Below are positions 44,623-55,400 of a DNA stretch of 64,000 nucleotides, piece by piece; position 1 is the first letter of the stretch; the number at the start of each line of letters is the position of its first letter. The notes below the pieces were generated by a model. It saw only the letters and a program-made list of their open reading frames with translations. It searched no databases and had not been told where the DNA came from. Location of the stretch: assembly GCA_964242145.1 (NCBI GenBank), contig CAXTCD010000002.1, positions 3,770 to 67,769 of the forward strand. The letters are read 5' to 3'. Both the position numbers and the translations under genes were made by a program. This stretch comes from an uncultured Rhizobacter sp. GTDB taxonomy: Bacteria; Pseudomonadota; Gammaproteobacteria; Burkholderiales; Burkholderiaceae_C.

Positions 44623-46658
44623 TGGCTGACAAAGGCAAGTCGCCCCAGTCCAAGAACCTGCGCCCGCACAAGGCGGGCCGCTGGGACTTGAGCGCATTGC
44701 TCAACGCGGCCGACGCCACGGCCTCGCTGCCGGAGCGCAACCTGTGGCTCGTGCGGCTGATGGAATGGCTGCGCCATGCCACGCTGGCGCTGGCGCTGGA
44801 GAACCAGCAGACGCCCACGCCGCTGCTGCGCCTGCGCCACCTGCTCAATGTGCTGGACCGCCACCCCGAGCACCGCGCGCAGATCGCGGCGCTGCTGCTG
44901 CGCTTCTGGCGCGAGGTCGACACCGCCGCGCTGCTCGCCGATTTCGGCTTCTCGCCGAAGCCCGATCTGCGCGGTGAATTGGGCCAGCGCCTGCGTTTGC
45001 GGCTGCTGCCGGCCACGCCGGCCACCACCGACCTTGCCGCGCTGTTCGGCCTGCTGTTTCCCGACACGCGGGATGCCGAATGGCTGGCGCTGCTGGATGC
45101 CACGACGCTGGCCAAGATCACCGCGCTGCTAAAGCCTGCCGATGGTCAGGCATCGAACGATTGGCGTGCGCCCTTCCTCGACGCCATCACCTTTCTCGCG
45201 AGTTCGGTGCGCGCCTCGGGCTTTTCGCCGACCTTGCGCCAGCGCATGAGCCCCGAGCTGCTGCATGACGCGCCGTTTCGCCAGCTGGCCCGCGTGGCCG
45301 AGCAGGTGCGCGAGCATGTGGCCTCGGGCGACCATGCCGCGCTGCTTCAAGAAGCGCAGTATCTGCGCGCGCTGCTCGACACCTGCCGCCGCTGTGCTTT
45401 GAGCGTTCACGATCACCTCGAAGAACACGGCGTCTCGGTCGACGTGGTGTTCGAGGTCGATCAGTTGCTCAGCCGCACGCACCGCATCGAAGAGCTGCTG
45501 GTCTGCGTGATCAGCCCCGAGCCGGCGCTCGAAGTCGTCACGCTGCTGGCCGGGCTGGTGCGCACCGCCGGTTCGCGGCGCAGCATCCGCGCACTGTTTG
45601 CGCAGCATTACTCGCTGCTGGCGCGCAAGGTCGCCGAGCGCAGCGCTGAGGCCGGCGAGCGCTACATCACCCGCGATCGCAGCGCCTATGGTGCGATGCT
45701 GCGTGCGGCATGCGGAGGTGGCGCGGTGCTGGCCGCCACGACCTTCATGAAGTTCTTCGTGATGGCGATCGGGCTGACCGCGTTCTGGGCCGGCTTCTGG
45801 GCCGGCGTCAATTACGCCGGCAGCTTCGTGCTGATCCACCTGATGCACTTCACCGTGGCCACCAAGCAGCCTGCGATGACCGCGCCGGCGATGGCCGACA
45901 AGCTCAACGACGTGACCACCGATGCGGCCGTCGAAGGCTTTGTCGATGAAGTGGCCAACCTGATCCACTCGCAGGCCGCCGGCATCCTTGGCAATCTGAC
46001 GCTCGTCGCGCCGCTGGTGCTGGGCGTGCAATACGCCTGCAAGGCCGCCTTCGGTGCGCCGCTGGTCGGCCCGAAAGACGCCGAGCACGTGCTGCATTCG
46101 CTGTCGCTGCTCGGGCCGACACCGCTTTTCGCCGCCTTCACCGGCGTGCTGCTGTTCAGCGCATCGATCATCGCCGGCTGGGTCGAGAACTGGTTCGTCT
46201 GGCACCGCATCGACAGCGCGATTGCGTGGAACCCGAACTTTGTGGCCCGCCTCGGCGCGGCCCGTGCACAGCGCTGGTCGCTTTACTGGCGGAACAACAT
46301 TTCGGGGCTCACCGCCAACATCTCGCTCGGGCTGATGCTGGGCATTGTGCCGGTGGTCGGCACCTTCTTCGGCCTGCCGATCGAGGTCCGGCACGTGACG
46401 CTGTCCACCGGCCAACTGGCCGCTGCGGTCGGCGCCTTGGGTTTCGGGGTGCTGCACGACAGCGCCTTCTGGTGGTGTGCGGCCGGCATACCGGTCACGG
46501 CGGCGCTCAACCTCAGCGTCAGCTTCTTTCTCGCGTTCAAGGTGGCACTGCGCTCACGCGGCATCCGCCTGAACGACCGCAGCCGCATTTACCGCGCGAT
46601 CCGCAGCCGGCTCTGGCGCAGACCGATGTCGTTCATGCTGCCGCCGAAATCTGCCTGA
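44622..46658 (+). CDS. Multi-TM protein of the family usually labelled site-specific recombinase (Gcr-type)
   Basis: EEHGVSVDVVF, GERYITRDR, FTVATKQPAMTA, GWVENW and EVRHVTLSTGQL; C-terminal half is hydrophobic; no tyrosine/serine recombinase motif. Confidence 0.8.
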   Translation: MADKGKSPQSKNLRPHKAGRWDLSALLNAADATASLPERNLWLVRLMEWLRHATLALALENQQTPTPLLRLRHLLNVLDRHPEHRAQIAALLLRFWREVDTAALLADFGFSPKPDLRGELGQRLRLRLLPATPATTDLAALFGLLFPDTRDAEWLALLDATTLAKITALLKPADGQASNDWRAPFLDAITFLASSVRASGFSPTLRQRMSPELLHDAPFRQLARVAEQVREHVASGDHAALLQEAQYLRALLDTCRRCALSVHDHLEEHGVSVDVVFEVDQLLSRTHRIEELLVCVISPEPALEVVTLLAGLVRTAGSRRSIRALFAQHYSLLARKVAERSAEAGERYITRDRSAYGAMLRAACGGGAVLAATTFMKFFVMAIGLTAFWAGFWAGVNYAGSFVLIHLMHFTVATKQPAMTAPAMADKLNDVTTDAAVEGFVDEVANLIHSQAAGILGNLTLVAPLVLGVQYACKAAFGAPLVGPKDAEHVLHSLSLLGPTPLFAAFTGVLLFSASIIAGWVENWFVWHRIDSAIAWNPNFVARLGAARAQRWSLYWRNNISGLTANISLGLMLGIVPVVGTFFGLPIEVRHVTLSTGQLAAAVGALGFGVLHDSAFWWCAAGIPVTAALNLSVSFFLAFKVALRSRGIRLNDRSRIYRAIRSRLWRRPMSFMLPPKSA

Positions 46659-46678
46659 ACTTCTGCGCGGCGCCAGGC

Positions 46679-46798
46679 TCAGTCCGGGCGGTCCTCGTCG
46701 GCGCGTTCGCCGTTCTTGCGGCCGGAAAACATCGTCCACCACACAATCAACAGCAGCACGGCCAAGGCGCCAAGCGCTTCAAGCAAAAGCAGACCCAT
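46679..46798 (-). CDS. 39-aa single-TM small protein (MGLLLLEALGALAVLLLIVWWTMFSGRK...)
   Basis: Clear TM helix followed by a positively charged and then acidic tail; back-to-back with mltA. Confidence 0.55.
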   Translation of the reverse strand: MGLLLLEALGALAVLLLIVWWTMFSGRKNGERADEDRPD

Positions 46799-46799
46799 G

Positions 46800-48005
46800 A
46801 TGAACGTTTTCGGAGGTGGCAGGCGGTGGTTGGATTCCAGCGCGGGCTGGAAGCTTCGAGGCCGAAGCGCAGCGATTCTAGGAGGGCTGGCGATTGCCCT
46901 GGCCGGCTGCGTCACCGCGCCTTATCCACCCGAGCCGTCCACGCCCACGGCACCCGAGACAGCACCCGGTGCACCGCCCTCGATGCCATCCCCCACCGCG
47001 GCCCAGTTGCCGCGCCCGCACGCGCGCTGGGTGGCGGCCGATTGGGCTGAACTGCCCGGCTGGGAAACTGACGCCGTCACCGAACTGTGGCCCGCCTTGC
47101 TGCGCGGCTGCGACAAGCCCGCGCCGGAATGGGGCCGTGTCTGCGCCGAAGCCCGCAACGCGGCACCAGCCAACGATCTGGCGGCCCGAACCTGGCTGCG
47201 CCGACGCCTGCAGCCCTGGCGCGTCGAAGCCCTCGACGGCAACAGCGAAGGCCTGATGACCGGCTACTTCGAGCCGCTGGTCGAAGCCACGCGCAAGCCG
47301 CGCGGTCCTTATCGCATCCCGTTGCATGCCGCGCCGGCCGACCTTGCCACCCGCAAGCCTTACTGGACGCGCCAGCAGATCGACACGCTGCCCGTCGCGC
47401 AGGCCGCGTTGCGCAGCCGCGTGCTGGCTTATGTCGCCGATCCGCTCGACGCGTTGATCCTGCAGATCCAGGGCTCGGGCCGGCTGCAGCTGACCGAAGC
47501 CGACGGCCAACGCAAGCTGCTGCGCGTGGCCTTCGCCGGCCACAACGACCAGCCTTACAAGTCGGTCGGCAAATGGCTGATCGAGCAAGGCGAGTTGCGC
47601 GCCGACCAGGCCTCGTGGCCGGCAATCAAGGCCTGGGCGCGCATCAACCCGAAGCGCGTCAATGAGCTGCTGTGGAGCAACCCGCGCTATGTGTTCTTTC
47701 GCGAAGAGCCGCTGCCGGACGCGTCGGTCGGCCCCCGCGGCGGGCAGAACGTGCCATTGACGCCGGGCCGCTCGATCGCGGTCGATACACAAAGCATTCC
47801 GTACGGCACGCCGGTCTGGCTCGACAGCACCGAGCCGCTGTCGAACACGCCGCTGCGCCGGCTGGTGATGGCGCAAGACACCGGCACCGCGATCACCGGT
47901 GCGGTGCGGGCCGACTATTTCTGGGGCTGGGGCGACACCGCCGAATCACAGGCCGGCCGCATGAAGCAGCCGCTGCGTTTGTGGGTGCTGTGGCCGAAGA
48001 GCTAA
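46800..48005 (+). CDS. mltA: Membrane-bound lytic murein transglycosylase A
   Basis: Lipobox LAGC, TGYFEP, LQIQGSG, NPRYVFF, RSIAVD and AQDTGTAITGAVRADYFWG. Confidence 0.93.
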   Translation: MNVFGGGRRWLDSSAGWKLRGRSAAILGGLAIALAGCVTAPYPPEPSTPTAPETAPGAPPSMPSPTAAQLPRPHARWVAADWAELPGWETDAVTELWPALLRGCDKPAPEWGRVCAEARNAAPANDLAARTWLRRRLQPWRVEALDGNSEGLMTGYFEPLVEATRKPRGPYRIPLHAAPADLATRKPYWTRQQIDTLPVAQAALRSRVLAYVADPLDALILQIQGSGRLQLTEADGQRKLLRVAFAGHNDQPYKSVGKWLIEQGELRADQASWPAIKAWARINPKRVNELLWSNPRYVFFREEPLPDASVGPRGGQNVPLTPGRSIAVDTQSIPYGTPVWLDSTEPLSNTPLRRLVMAQDTGTAITGAVRADYFWGWGDTAESQAGRMKQPLRLWVLWPKS

Positions 48006-48046
48006 GGCCGCGAGCTTGACGGACCGCAGGCCCGGCAGCTTCCCGG

Positions 48047-48523
48047 TCAAAGCCCGAGCTCACTCAAACCCGCGTGCTCATCCGGCCGGCGGCCCAGCGG
48101 CCAATGGAAGAGGCGTTGCGCCGGCTGAATCGGCAGGTCGTTAATGCTGGCATAACGCCGCAACATCAGGCCGTTGGCATCGAACTCCCAGTTCTCGTTG
48201 CCATAGCTTCGAAACCATTGGCCGGCGTCGTCATGCCACTCATAGGCAAAGCGGACGCCGATGCGCGGGCCACCGAAAGCCCACAGCTCCTTGATCAAGC
48301 GGTAATCCAGCTCACGCGCCCATTTGCGCTGCAGAAATTCGCGCACCTGCGCGCGCCCGACCGGAAACTCGGCGCGGTTTCGCCAGCGCGTGTCTTCGGT
48401 ATAGACCGCGGCCACGCGACCCGGCTCGCGTGAATTCCAGGCATCTTCGGCCAGGCGAACTTTCTGGCGTGCGCTGTCTTCGGTGAAAGGCGGAACGGGC
48501 GGGCGGGCAAGCGGGAGTGACAT
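48047..48523 (-). CDS. NTF2-like DUF1348 protein
   Basis: [32 protein letters not shown] and [13 protein letters not shown]. Confidence 0.88.
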   Translation of the reverse strand: MSLPLARPPVPPFTEDSARQKVRLAEDAWNSREPGRVAAVYTEDTRWRNRAEFPVGRAQVREFLQRKWARELDYRLIKELWAFGGPRIGVRFAYEWHDDAGQWFRSYGNENWEFDANGLMLRRYASINDLPIQPAQRLFHWPLGRRPDEHAGLSELGL

Positions 48524-48600
48524 CGGCAAAGCCTCATCGGTTGAGCGGAGCAGGAACTTCTGAATGCACGGGTGCCACACGGTTGAGCGGGCATCCCATC

Positions 48601-48647
48601 ATGTAGACAGATCTGTCTACATCTTGAGACAGACCGGTCCGTCTGTC
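48601..48647. promoter_or_regulatory. Tandem TetR operators
   Basis: Perfect 22-bp palindrome ATGTAGACAGATCTGTCTACAT (48601-48622) and a second dyad GACAGAC-N6-GTCTGTC (48628-48647); TAGAC-N6-GTCTA resembles the NemR box. Confidence 0.75.
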
Positions 48648-48658
48648 AAACTGCAGCC

Positions 48659-49237
48659 ATGACTTTCGCTGCCCGCTTGTCCCTCCGACCGATCGATGAA
48701 TTGCCCGCACCCGAGCGCATTCTGGAAACCGCCGTGCGCCTCTTCTACGCCGAAGGCACGCGGGCAGTGGGCATCGACCGGATCATTGCCGAGTCGGGCG
48801 TCGCCAAGGCCTCGTTCTACCGGCACTACCCGTCGAAGGACGACCTGGTGCTGGCTTACCTGCGGCTGCGCCATCAGCGCTGGATGGCCTCGTTCGCCGA
48901 TCGACTGGAAGCGCTGTGCGCCAGCCGGGGCAACGGGTTCGAGCGGGTGGCCGAGGTGTTGCAGGAATGGTTCGCCGAGCCCGACTTCCGTGGCTGCGCC
49001 TTCATCAATCTGCTGGCCGAGGGTGGCCCGGCGGGCGAGGCCTTCAGCGTCGCGCAAAGCCACAAAGACGAGTTGCAGGATTGCCTGCTGGCGCTGGCGC
49101 AGCGCATCGGCCACGCCAGGCCGCGTCAAGCGGCCGAGGAAGCGCTGATGATCACCGAAGGGTCGATCGTGCGGGCACAGATGACCGGCGACATCACGGC
49201 AGCTGCGGTGGCTCGCCGCTTGTTGGCGCGGCTTTAG
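48659..49237 (+). CDS. TetR/AcrR regulator (NemR-like)
   Basis: RILETAVRLFYAEG..GIDRIIAESGVAKASFYRHYPSKDDL HTH and FRGCAFIN. Confidence 0.92.
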   Translation: MTFAARLSLRPIDELPAPERILETAVRLFYAEGTRAVGIDRIIAESGVAKASFYRHYPSKDDLVLAYLRLRHQRWMASFADRLEALCASRGNGFERVAEVLQEWFAEPDFRGCAFINLLAEGGPAGEAFSVAQSHKDELQDCLLALAQRIGHARPRQAAEEALMITEGSIVRAQMTGDITAAAVARRLLARL

Positions 49238-49258
49238 CGCCGCACCAGCACGCCGGCC

Positions 49259-50371
49259 TCAGGCCAGCGCGCTGCGATTGCGGCCTTGGGTCTTGGCCTT
49301 GTGCATCGCCCGGTCGGCGCGCTCGATGGCCAATTCCATGCGATCGCCGACCGTGCATTCGCTGATGCCGGCCGAGAAGGTGACCTGGATGTCGCGGCCG
49401 ATGTGCTCGAAAGAGCGCGAAGCCAATTGCTTGCGGATGCGCTCGACGCACATCAGCGCGCTGTCGGCCGCCGTCTCGGGCAGCATCAGCAAAAACTCTT
49501 CGCCGCCCCATCGGGCTAACGCATCACCGGCACGCATGGCATGGATCACGACATCGGCAAAGATCTGCAAGACCTCATCGCCCGACGGCTGGCCCCAGCT
49601 TTCGTTGATGCGCTTGAAGAAATCGATGTCGAGCACGACCACGCTGATCGGATCGCGGTGCCGCTGCTGCCGCGCCCGCTCGATGACGATCAACGACATC
49701 ATGTGACGGCGGTTCGACAGGCCCGTCAGCTCATCCTGGGTGATCAGCAAGCGGCTCTGAGCCACTGCGTCGTCCAGTTTCTGCCGCGCCAGGCGCAGCG
49801 ATTCGCCGAATTCGGTCAAGCGCACCGCGGCCCACACGCTGGCGCCGATCAGCACCGTGGCCAGCACGAAATGCAGGGCTTCCTGGGCTGGCGGAAACTG
49901 GCCGGGCCACGCCAGCGCGCAGGTGCCCAGCGTGCCCGCCAGGGCCAATACCGCGATCAAGCCCAGGCAACGGGCCTGTAGCGGCGTCAGGCAGAACACG
50001 CCCAACAGCATCGCCGCCGGCAGCACCGCCAGCATCGCTCCGCGCAGCGGGCCTGCGACGGCATAAGCAGCACAGGCCGCAGCCACGCACCACAAGCCCT
50101 GCGCCACGGAAAGCTCACGGTCCAGCGGCAAGCGCAGGTTAAGCCCGCTGCGCACGAAGGCGCACACGCCGAGGCTGGCGCTCAACAGCACCGCCGTCAG
50201 AACGGCTGTGGCCGTGGCATCGATCAGCCCACACAGCGCAGCCGCGCCCAGCAGCCCGGAGAGCGCGATGTAAAACGCCAAGCCTTCCAGCGTTTGCCGC
50301 ACACGCATGCGCTGGCTCAGATCACGCCCGAGAAGTGCCGCAGTCCATTGCGAAACGGTTGTTTGATTCAT
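49259..50371 (-). CDS. Membrane diguanylate cyclase (intact GGEEF)
   Basis: Multi-TM N-terminus, DELTGLSNRR, DIDFFKRIN, RAGD I-site and RWGGEEF; start at 50371. Confidence 0.92.
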   Translation of the reverse strand: MNQTTVSQWTAALLGRDLSQRMRVRQTLEGLAFYIALSGLLGAAALCGLIDATATAVLTAVLLSASLGVCAFVRSGLNLRLPLDRELSVAQGLWCVAAACAAYAVAGPLRGAMLAVLPAAMLLGVFCLTPLQARCLGLIAVLALAGTLGTCALAWPGQFPPAQEALHFVLATVLIGASVWAAVRLTEFGESLRLARQKLDDAVAQSRLLITQDELTGLSNRRHMMSLIVIERARQQRHRDPISVVVLDIDFFKRINESWGQPSGDEVLQIFADVVIHAMRAGDALARWGGEEFLLMLPETAADSALMCVERIRKQLASRSFEHIGRDIQVTFSAGISECTVGDRMELAIERADRAMHKAKTQGRNRSALA

Positions 50372-50646
50372 GTCTCGCCCGTTATCGACCAAGCACAGCC
50401 TCGCATGAGGCTTGATTGGCCGCGCGCCGTGCGAAAGCACACGCCACCCGCGTTCGCAAGTCCGGCAAGCGCCGGACGGCCCGTCAAGCCGCTCACCTGC
50501 GCGAGCCCCGCGAGATGTCTGCGCTCAGCCCTCGGGCACTGGGGAGATTCGTGGCGGTGCCGCGTTAGGCCGGCGGCGCCACGGTGCGGCGCCTGGCGCA
50601 AAGACTGCGCTTCAGCAGCTCGTCAGCTCAAACCCGTCGGTTCGGT

Positions 50647-51741
50647 TCAGACCAGATTGACGCGGTTGCGGCCCGCCGACTGCGCCGACACCAAGCCTTG
50701 CGCGGCGCGCTCGACGGTCTGCTCGACGGTTTCTCCGGCGCGGTGCTCAGTCACGCCGGCACAAAAGCTCAGTTGCACCGGCACACTGGGGGTGGCGAGC
50801 ACGATGCCTTGAATGCGCTCACGCTGCCGCTCGACGCTCAGCCGGCCCATCGAAGCCCGCGTGTCGGAGAGCATCAACAGGAACTCCCGGTCGCTCCAGC
50901 GGCACAGCAAATCCGAGATGCGAATGACGCTCAGCATCTCGCGCGAGAAGCGCTGCAGCAGGTTCTCGATGAACGCGGGGCCTTGCACCTGCTGGATGGC
51001 GGCGAAGTCGTCGATGTCGATCACGGCCAGCGAGAAGGTCTGGCCAGAGCGCACACCGCGCTGCCGCTCCTGCTCCATCAACTCCAGCATGTGGCGGCGG
51101 TTGATCAGGCCGGTGAGCTCATCGCGTGTGGCCAACTCCTGGATGCGCGCCAGCGCCACGGCGAATTCCTTTTTCTGCGAGCGCAGCCGTTCGCGCAGCT
51201 GGCTCAACTGGCCCGCGAGCACGGCGACCGCCGGCACCATGATCGCGATCATCAAAAAGTGGCTCCATTCCACCGCGGGCTGAAAGACCCCAGGGTCGAC
51301 ATTCGCCATCGTGGCCATCGTGATGGCGAACACCACGACGGCGAACAGCGCGACCCGCTGCACCTGAATCGGTGGCAGCGAATACATGCTGAACATGAAG
51401 ATCACCATCAGGATCGGGAAGGCAGCGCCGCGCCCTTGGCCGGCCAGCACATAGCCTGCTGCGGTGATCAAAATCGCAAACACCATCTGCGCGATCGTCA
51501 GCGAGGGCTCGGCAAAGCGCAGGTTGAAGCCGCTGCGGATCACCGCGAAGAAACCGGCAAAGCCGATCAGCAGCACCAGCGACCAGACCAGCGCCGGCCG
51601 CGCAGGCGCCAACCCTGCCCAGACCAGATAAGCCATGTTGCCGATGCCACCCAGCGACAGCAGCGTGGCCATGCCGCATTGAACCAAGCGCAAACGCTGT
51701 TTGGGATCGGTGCCCAGCAAGCGGTCGGCAAGGCTCGTCAT
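50647..51741 (-). CDS. Membrane GGDEF-domain protein with degenerate active site (SDREF)
   Basis: Paralogue of the downstream gene; DELTGLINRR, DIDDFAAIQ, RISD I-site and RWSDREF. Confidence 0.88.
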   Translation of the reverse strand: MTSLADRLLGTDPKQRLRLVQCGMATLLSLGGIGNMAYLVWAGLAPARPALVWSLVLLIGFAGFFAVIRSGFNLRFAEPSLTIAQMVFAILITAAGYVLAGQGRGAAFPILMVIFMFSMYSLPPIQVQRVALFAVVVFAITMATMANVDPGVFQPAVEWSHFLMIAIMVPAVAVLAGQLSQLRERLRSQKKEFAVALARIQELATRDELTGLINRRHMLELMEQERQRGVRSGQTFSLAVIDIDDFAAIQQVQGPAFIENLLQRFSREMLSVIRISDLLCRWSDREFLLMLSDTRASMGRLSVERQRERIQGIVLATPSVPVQLSFCAGVTEHRAGETVEQTVERAAQGLVSAQSAGRNRVNLV

Positions 51742-51751
51742 GGTGGGCGAT

Positions 51752-52309
51752 TCACTGGGCCGCGCGAGCGGCCGCCAGGTGCGACAGCGGCAACGCGCCC
51801 CCGGCTTTCACTTCCCCGAGAGAGAAGCTGGTGTGGATGTCTTTGACGTTGGGCAAGTTGAGCAAGGTCTCAATGGAAAAGCGGGAGAACGCATCGAGAT
51901 CGGTGGCCATAACTTGCAGCTCGAAAGTGCCGGTGCCTGAAATGTAGTGGCAGGCGATGACTTCGGGCAATTTGCAGATTGCGGCTTCCAAAGTGCGCGT
52001 GGCACTGCCGGTGTTGCGCTCGGCATCGACACGCACAAAGGCCAGTACACCGAGGCCGATCTTGCGGCGATCGAGCTCGGCCCGATAACCCGTGATGAAG
52101 CCCTGGTCTTCAAGCCATTTGACGCGCCGCCAGGTCGGCGCGGCCGACAAGCCAATGCGCGCGGCCAGTTCGGCATTCGACAGTCGTGCGTCGGCCTGAA
52201 GCTCGCGCAGGATCAACACGTCATAGCGATCCAGGCTGCTGCCGTGGGGCTCATCAGCCTCTTCGAGAGCTTTGCTGGTTTTCCCTTGAAAGGGCTTTTT
52301 GAGCGTCAT
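51752..52309 (-). CDS. Lrp/AsnC regulator divergent from the oxidoreductase
   Basis: LDRYDVLILRELQADARLSNAELAARIGLSAAPTWRRVKWLEDQG HTH. Confidence 0.92.
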   Translation of the reverse strand: MTLKKPFQGKTSKALEEADEPHGSSLDRYDVLILRELQADARLSNAELAARIGLSAAPTWRRVKWLEDQGFITGYRAELDRRKIGLGVLAFVRVDAERNTGSATRTLEAAICKLPEVIACHYISGTGTFELQVMATDLDAFSRFSIETLLNLPNVKDIHTSFSLGEVKAGGALPLSHLAAARAAQ

Positions 52310-52477
52310 TCGATATCCATATCCATCTCAGACGAAAGATTATTGCTGATGCACCGCCATATCGGGCAAACAAAGAAAAGACACCTCCAGCCCATCTCCC
52401 TACACTGATTCGCAGCCGGCACCCCGCGGCGAGCCGCCATCAGCGGCCGCCGACGCTCATCCCAGGAGACAACCACG

Positions 52478-55400
52478 ATGAATGCCCCTTTGCCCGAATC
52501 CGTGCGCCAAGCACTGGAAACCGTCAGCCTCGAAGACAAATACAGCCTGGCCCACGGCAGTGCTTTCATGAGCGGCGTGCAGGCCCTCGTGAGGCTGCCG
52601 ATGCTGCAGCAAACACGCGATGCGATGCGCGGCTTGAACACCGCAGGCTTCATCAGCGGCTATCGCGGCTCGCCGCTCGGCACCTATGACCAGGCGCTGT
52701 GGGCCGCCAAGAAGCACCTCTCTGCGCAGAACATCGTGTTCCAGCCGGGCGTCAATGAAGAACTGGGCGCCACGGCCGTGTGGGGCACGCAGCAGCTCGA
52801 TCTCTATCCGCAAAGCAAGAAGTTCGATGGCGTGTTCGGCCTCTGGTACGGCAAAGGGCCGGGCGCCGACCGCTGCGCCGATGTGTTCAAGCATGCCAAC
52901 ATGGCCGGCACGGCAAAGCATGGCGGCGTGATCGCCGTGGTCGGCGACGACCACATCTCGAAGAGCAGCACCGCCGCGCACCAGAGCGACCATCTCTTCA
53001 AGGCTTGCGGCCTGCCGGTGTTCTTTCCGTCGAGCGTTCAAGACATCCTCGACATGGGCCTGCATGCCTTTGCGATGAGCCGCTTCGCGGGCGTCTGGGC
53101 CGGCATGAAGACGATTCAGGAGATCGTCGAATCGTCGTCGAGCGTCAGCGTCGACCCTGATCGCGTTCACATCGTGCTGCCCGAAGACTTTGCGATGCCG
53201 CCCGGCGGCCTGCACATCCGCTGGCCCGATGCGCCGCTGGAGCAGGAAGCCAGGTTGATGGATCACAAGTGGTATGCCGCGCTGGCTTATATACGCGCGA
53301 ACAAGCTCAACCATAACGTGATCTCCGGCCCGAACAGCGGGCAGGCCGATCGCTTCGGCCTGATCGCCAGCGGCAAGGCCTACAACGACACGCGCCAGGC
53401 GCTGCATGACCTCGGCCTGTCCGATGACGACTGCCGCCACCTGGGCATCCGCCTGCACAAGGTCAATGTCGTGTGGCCGCTCGAAGCGACGATCACCCGC
53501 GACTTCGCGCTCGGGCTGCAAGAGATCCTCGTGGTCGAAGAAAAGCGTCAGGTCATCGAATACCAGTTGAAGGAAGAGCTCTACAACTGGCGGCCCGATG
53601 TGCGGCCCAATGTGCTGGGCAAGTTCGACGAAGCCGAGCATGACCAGACCGGCGGTGAGTGGTCTCAGCCCAACCCTTCATCGAATTGGCTGCTGCGCGC
53701 GCAGGCCGACCTGACACCCGCGATCATCGCGAAGGCCATCGGCAAGCGGCTGAAGAAGCTCGGCGTCGATGCCGACACCACTGCTCGCATCGATGCCCGG
53801 CTGGCATTGATCGAAGCCAAAGAGCGCAGCCTGCAAACGCTCAACATCCAAAGTGGCGACCGCCTGCCTTATTTCTGCAGCGGTTGCCCGCACAACACCT
53901 CGACCCGCGTGCCGGAAGGCTCACGCGCGCTGGGTGGCATCGGCTGCCACTACATGGTGCTGTGGATGGACCGCAGCACCAGCACCTTCACGCAGATGGG
54001 CGGCGAAGGCGTGTCATGGGTCGGCCAGGCGCCGTTCACGACCGAGCCGCACGTGTTCGCGAATCTCGGCGACGGCACCTACTTCCACAGCGGCAGCCTG
54101 GCGATTCGCCAGAGCATCGCATCGGGCGTCAACATCACCTACAAGATCCTCTACAACGATGCCGTCGCGATGACCGGTGGCCAGCGCATCGGCGAGCGGC
54201 CCGAAGGCCACTCGGTGTTGCAGATCGTGCGCAGCCTGAAGGCCGAAGGGGTCAGCGCCTTGTGCATCGTGAGCGACGAGCCCGAGAAATACCTCGGCGC
54301 CGACCTGACGCCGGATGTGGCTGTGCATCACCGCGATGAGCTGGATCGCCTGCAGCGCGACTACCGCGAGATCAAGGGCACCAGCGCGATCATCTATGAC
54401 CAGACCTGCGCCACCGAGAAGCGCCGCCGCCGCAAGCGCGGCACGATGGTCGACCCGGCCAAGCGCGTGGTGATCAATGAACTGGTCTGCGAAGGCTGCG
54501 GCGATTGTTCGACCCAAAGCAATTGCCTGAGCGTCGAGCCGGTCGAAACGCCTTTCGGCCGCAAGCGCCGCATCAACCAGAACACCTGCAACAAGGACTA
54601 TTCCTGCGTCAACGGCTTCTGCCCGAGCTTCGTCACGGTGGAAGGCGGGCGGTTAAAAACCTCCGCGCAAGCCCAGCCGGCGCGGCCCGCGCTGTCGTCG
54701 CTGAAGCCGCCGCCGGAACCCCTGCTCCCACTGGCGCGCAGTGACGACGAACAGGTCTGGGGCATCGTGGTCGCGGGCGTCGGCGGCACCGGCGTGATCA
54801 CCATCGGCCAGTTGCTGGGCATGGCCGCGCATCTGGAAGGCAAGGGCATCGTGACGCAGGACGCCGCGGGCCTGGCGCAAAAGGGCGGCAGCACCTGGAG
54901 CCATGTGCAGATCGCCAACCGCGCCGAGTTCATCCACACCACCAAGGTCGGTACCGCCGAAGCCGACCTGGTGATTGCCTGTGACCCGATCGTTGGGGCG
55001 AACGCCAGCACGCTGGCGGTGATGCGGGAGGACCGCAGCTTTGTCGCGCTGAACACCCATGGCTCGCCGACCGCATCGTTCGTCAGCAACCCGAACTGGC
55101 AGTTCCCCGGCGCGAGCTGTGAAAAGGCGATCGTCGACGCCGTCGGCGCATCTCACGTCGGCTTGCTGGATGCCGAGCATCTGGCGGTGCAATTGGTCGG
55201 CGATTCGCTCTATACCAACCCGCTGATGCTGGGCTACGCGTGGCAGAAGGGCCTGGTGCCTTTGGCCCATGCCTCGCTGATGCGCGCAATCGAACTGAAC
55301 GGCGTGCAGGTGCAGAACAACCAGCTTGCTTTTGAATGGGGCCGCCGTGCCGCTCACGACCCGGCGGCGGTGAAGGCTTTGACCGCCACGGCGCAGGTGA

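Noticed and set aside
44622-46658. Site-specific recombinase as evidence of a mobile element or island boundary
   Set aside because: No R-H-R-Y or Ser-recombinase motif; the protein is a multi-TM type; it sits in the conserved apaG-mltA core context.
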